From assembly GCA_043814545.1 (NCBI GenBank), contig JBDRJY010000004.1, forward strand, positions 10,788 to 74,787: 64,000 nucleotides of DNA. The letters are read 5' to 3'. This document shows, one piece after another, positions 60,810 to 64,000 of this stretch. Source of the DNA: an archaeon. GTDB taxonomy: Archaea > Nanobdellota > Nanobdellia > SCGC-AAA011-G17 > GW2011-AR17. The notes under the pieces are model-generated. The model was not told the origin of the DNA and did no database searches. It saw only the letters and a list, made by a program, of their open reading frames with translations. Positions within the stretch are counted from its first letter, which is position 1, and the number at the start of each line of letters is the position of its first letter. The position numbers and the translations under genes are program-made.

Positions 60810-61694
60810 ATGACAGTAGGTTTATGTTTATCTAACGGCAAAGAAGCTTTTGTTCTTACAGACAGGTTAAGATCTCAGAATACAGAAGGCGGATATCATG
60901 CAACAAAACAGTCTTCTAAATTTGGAAAAAAATCTAGTTTAATTTTATCTTGTTCTGGAAACAGTGACTTGAACCAACTTTTACACGAAGAAGATATGAC
61001 TTTTGGTTCATTGGACGATTTCAACAAAATAATTCATGGTTTTATTGAAAATTATTTTCACGATTATTTGGTACAATCTGAAAGAGGCAAAAAAAGTTTT
61101 TTAATAAATTTGTCTGATAAAGGCCATAAGAAAGGAAGGAAGAGGGAGCATTTAAAATTAACTCAGAAAGAGATAGATGAAGTTATTCAACATACTTCAA
61201 TGGTTGTGGGTGTTGAAAACAATAAAATAAGAATTTATCAAGTTAATGTTAAGGGTCCACGGAGATTAAAAGTACAAACCCTTAACAAGCATGGTTCTGG
61301 AATGTATATGGCACGACGTTATTTAAACTCTTTCATGTCTGGTGTAAACTTTGAAAGTCTTTCAAATCAAAATATGGCATTACATATAATGAGTGCATAT
61401 TCTTATGCTCAACTTATGACTAGTGTAGGTGGTACACCAGATTTACATTCTATTGATACAAAAGGAACAATTTATAATTACAATTTAGCACAAAGGTGTG
61501 CAATGTCTAATGTTGCATCTGCGCGTATGGTACAAACCGTTGGATTAGCTCAAGCACGTTGGATGTTTGATTCAATTTTTCAAGAAAAAGATTATGATGA
61601 TATAGCAAGAACATTAAATTTAACAGAAACAACTTTAACAACAACTACAATACCTTACCTTTCTTGGCAAGAACGTGTTAACCATAAACAATAA
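60810..61694 (+). CDS. Divergent proteasome-type Ntn-hydrolase homologue
   Basis: MTVGLCLSNGKEAFVLTDRLRS parallels the mature T-TVG....G.V.A.D.R N-terminus of proteasome beta/HslV. Later SCSGNS and HGSGMYMARRYL match the AG..D and GSG blocks. At 294 aa it carries insertions. Confidence 0.5.
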   Translation: MTVGLCLSNGKEAFVLTDRLRSQNTEGGYHATKQSSKFGKKSSLILSCSGNSDLNQLLHEEDMTFGSLDDFNKIIHGFIENYFHDYLVQSERGKKSFLINLSDKGHKKGRKREHLKLTQKEIDEVIQHTSMVVGVENNKIRIYQVNVKGPRRLKVQTLNKHGSGMYMARRYLNSFMSGVNFESLSNQNMALHIMSAYSYAQLMTSVGGTPDLHSIDTKGTIYNYNLAQRCAMSNVASARMVQTVGLAQARWMFDSIFQEKDYDDIARTLNLTETTLTTTTIPYLSWQERVNHKQ

Positions 61695-61731
61695 AATAAT
61701 ATAAATGATTAATTTATTCTTTCTACTAATC

Positions 61732-62517
61732 ATGGTAAAAATTGGAATAATTGGCGGTTCTGGGATGGACAATCCTAACTTGTTAGAAAATTATGAACGA
61801 GTAGACGTAATGACTCCTTTCGGTCAACCTTCAAGTTCAGTTACAACAGGAACATTGAACGGTGTAGAAGTTGCAGTCATTGCAAGGCACGGTAGGAAAC
61901 ATCAAATCATGCCTACCAATGTTAATAATAGGGCAAACATTTGGGCTTTGAAAGAGCTAGGCTGCACGCACATTTTAGCGACGACAGCTGTTGGTTCGTT
62001 GAAAGAAGAGGTTAGGCCGGGAGAACTAGTTATCTTAGACCAGCTCATTGACAAAACTCATTTCAGGAAAAAAACTTTTTACACTTCTAACCAAGTATGC
62101 CATATTTCGTTGGCAGACCCTTTCTGTGAAAAAATGCGAAAACTGATGATACAAACTGCACAGGAACTAGCGTTACCTCACCATGCACAAGGCACAGTTG
62201 TTACAATTGAAGGTCCAAGGTTTTCAACAAGGGCAGAATCAAAAATGTTTCAAATGTACGGCGCGGATGTGATTAATATGTCAACTGCTCCTGAAGCAAC
62301 TTTAGCAAGGGAAGCAGGGTTATGTTATGCATCTATCGCAATGTCAACTGACTACGATTGTTGGAAAATGACTGAAGAACCTGTAACATGGGAAGAGATT
62401 TGTAAAGTAATGAAACTTAACGCTGACAACGTTACAAATTTGATTAAAGCAGTTGTGCCTAAGATTCAACATAATCAATGTGAATGCATGGATGCGATAA
62501 AAACCGCTTTAATTTGA
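61732..62517 (+). CDS. mtnP: S-methyl-5'-thioadenosine phosphorylase (MTAP family)
   Basis: VKIGIIGGSG, ARHGRKHQIMPTNVNNRANIWALKELG and INMSTAPEATLAREAGLCYASIAMSTDYDCW. I prefer the ATG at 61732 (TATA-like TAATATAAAT 25 nt upstream) over 61705. Confidence 0.88.
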   Translation: MVKIGIIGGSGMDNPNLLENYERVDVMTPFGQPSSSVTTGTLNGVEVAVIARHGRKHQIMPTNVNNRANIWALKELGCTHILATTAVGSLKEEVRPGELVILDQLIDKTHFRKKTFYTSNQVCHISLADPFCEKMRKLMIQTAQELALPHHAQGTVVTIEGPRFSTRAESKMFQMYGADVINMSTAPEATLAREAGLCYASIAMSTDYDCWKMTEEPVTWEEICKVMKLNADNVTNLIKAVVPKIQHNQCECMDAIKTALI

Positions 62518-62553
62518 TTTTCTTTTTAAACTTTTTATTATTCCTTGGCAAAA

Positions 62554-62563
62554 TTTATATAAG
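62554..62563 (+). promoter_or_regulatory. TATA-like box, probably giving a leaderless transcript
   Basis: TTTATATAAG ends 23 nt before the ATG at 62587. Confidence 0.35.
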
Positions 62564-62586
62564 AGCACTTAAACCCAATCTTCATA

Positions 62587-63633
62587 ATGGATCCAATATT
62601 ATACGATATTCTAACTTATGGCGGTACTGCATTAGGTACATTAACAGCAACTTCTAGTTTAGGTTTATATTTAAGAAGAAGACGGAAAAAAAAATTATCT
62701 GAAGAAGATTTGATTGAAGAAAAACAAAATTTTCTGGATGCAGCTTTAGATGTAGTCTCTTTTGCATCTTTCCGTCCAGGTTTAAAAAATGATATTGTGG
62801 CACGAATAAATGTTCATGGAGTTATTTCTTCATATCGTAACCAAGCAGCTCAACCTTCAATGATACCATCGTTAGGTTCAAAACCAAAATCTGTAACTTA
62901 CGATCATATTAAAGGATGTATTTTGAAAGCTAAAAAATATAACGCCAAAGCTTACATTATTGATATAGATTCTCCAGGTGGAGCTGTAAACGCCAGTTAT
63001 GAAATAGCAGAATTAATTCGAGAAATTGAAGAACCAACCTTCGCACATGTTTGTGATATGGCTGCTTCTGGTGGTTATATGATAGCATCTGCATGCGATA
63101 AAATTGTAGCTCAAAAATATTCAAGAGTAGGTTCAATTGGCGCTTTTATGCCTTTCTTCGATGTAAAAGAACTTGCAAAGATACTAGGAATAAGATATTA
63201 TGGCGAGTTAAGGTCTGCAAAAAATAAAGGAATAGGTCATCCTTTAGAAGGATTAACAGATGAACAGGTAAAATTCTTTCAAGAAGATTTGGTTAAATTT
63301 CATAACGAATTTGTAGATTATGTAGCTGAAGCACGTGATTTACCAAGGGATAAAATTGCAATATTAGCTGACGGTTTAGTTTATAATGCTCATGAAAGTG
63401 TTGGAACTTTGGTTGATGAAATTGGCACCTTTGAAACAATTAAGAAATATTTGGAAGAAGAACAAGGTTTTGAAAAAGTATTAATTAAAACTGTTCTACC
63501 AAAAGGAAATTTCTCTTCGCAAATTGTTTCTATGATTGAAGCAATGGGTTCGTCTTTAGGAGAAGGTTTAGCAGGCAGTTTAACAGAAAAAGTTAAAGCC
63601 GAGTTAATGTCTCAGAATCAGTTCCGAATGTAA
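62587..63633 (+). CDS. sppA: Signal peptide peptidase SppA (S49 family, 36K type)
   Basis: N-terminal TM. IDIDSPGGAVNAS and DMAASGGYMIASACDKIVA (Ser nucleophile context) are typical of S49 peptidases. Confidence 0.85.
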   Translation: MDPILYDILTYGGTALGTLTATSSLGLYLRRRRKKKLSEEDLIEEKQNFLDAALDVVSFASFRPGLKNDIVARINVHGVISSYRNQAAQPSMIPSLGSKPKSVTYDHIKGCILKAKKYNAKAYIIDIDSPGGAVNASYEIAELIREIEEPTFAHVCDMAASGGYMIASACDKIVAQKYSRVGSIGAFMPFFDVKELAKILGIRYYGELRSAKNKGIGHPLEGLTDEQVKFFQEDLVKFHNEFVDYVAEARDLPRDKIAILADGLVYNAHESVGTLVDEIGTFETIKKYLEEEQGFEKVLIKTVLPKGNFSSQIVSMIEAMGSSLGEGLAGSLTEKVKAELMSQNQFRM

Positions 63634-63707
63634 AATACTGACAATAATTCCATAAAGGTTATAAATGAAATTATAGAGTTTGTGTTTAGATAAAAGGAGG
63701 TAATAAA

Positions 63708-64000
63708 ATGAATTTACAAATGATTGGGACCGGATACGTAGGTCTAGTTTCTGGCGCATGTTTTGCTGAATGTGGCCACGATGTAACTTGTGTTGATACT
63801 GATAAAGATAAAATTGCTATGCTTGATAGAGGCGAGATGCCGATTTATGAGGTTGGTTTAGAAGCTATGGTTAGAAGAAACGTTGAAGCAGGACGTTTAC
63901 ATTTTTCTGAAAAATTAGCTCCTGGTGCTGATGCATATTTTATTTGCGTAGGCACTCCTGAATCTGCAGATGGTTCAGCTGATTTAAGTTTTGTATATGC
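63708..64000 (+). CDS. ugd: UDP-glucose 6-dehydrogenase, 5' partial (runs off the window)
   Basis: AAAGGAGG SD then ATG. MIGTGYVGLVSGACFAECGHDVTCVDTD...MPIYEVGLE...FICVGTP N-terminal NAD-binding signature. Confidence 0.88.
   Translation, partial: MNLQMIGTGYVGLVSGACFAECGHDVTCVDTDKDKIAMLDRGEMPIYEVGLEAMVRRNVEAGRLHFSEKLAPGADAYFICVGTPESADGSADLSFVY

Noticed and set aside
1-64000. CRISPR arrays, transposases, integrases, tRNA genes and obvious prophage or plasmid genes.
   Set aside because: I scanned the intergenic regions and the ORF list and found none. The island therefore cannot be called a mobile element from this window, and the only insertion-like signature is the 28-bp repeat pair around the PIN gene.

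Overview
AT-rich archaeal contig, gene-dense and mostly operonic. Taxonomic placement is inference only: fused primase, missing adk and cmk, and Lys-rich ribosomal protein tails suggest a small-genome DPANN-like lineage.

(1) 1-14.2 kb: the canonical archaeal ribosomal-protein superoperon (uL3 through uL15), with aSUI1 and RNase P Rpp29 embedded. It ends in secY and a DUF106/YidC-like gene, and many junctions are ATGA-type overlaps.

(2) 14.2-18.2 kb: a ~4 kb accessory insert inside an otherwise conserved neighbourhood. It holds a PIN-like gene flanked by imperfect direct repeats, a nonsense-disrupted ASCH-like gene, a wHTH plus membrane-protein pair, two SD-led micro-ORFs separated by an A8 tract, and a metallophosphoesterase.

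(3) 18.2-24.3 kb: eL34, eL14, prefoldin alpha with a Cys/His tail, a fused PriS-PriL(CTD) primase, three poorly characterised genes and a stand-alone 5S rRNA. The 5S gene is followed by a ~155-nt, ~50% G+C, UUCG-hairpin-rich RNA candidate that I cannot assign to a family.

(4) 24.4-60.3 kb: a ~36 kb surface-glycan or lipid modification island.
- Ten radical SAM genes: six B12-binding class-B-like, two SPASM-like, one YgiQ, one BioB-like.
- Seven glycosyltransferases: 2 GT4, 2 GT2, 1 GT9, 2 GT-C.
- Also a Wzx flippase, a NodU/CmcH carbamoyltransferase, an SDR epimerase, a methyltransferase, an FrhB-like flavo-FeS protein, and a short CooS-like Ni,Fe-CO-dehydrogenase homologue that retains all cluster ligands.

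(5) 60.3-64 kb: a divergent proteasome-like Ntn hydrolase, MTAP, SppA and the 5' end of UDP-glucose dehydrogenase.

I saw no CRISPR array, transposase, integrase or tRNA gene. All calls come from reading the translations and sequence by eye; no database search was run.
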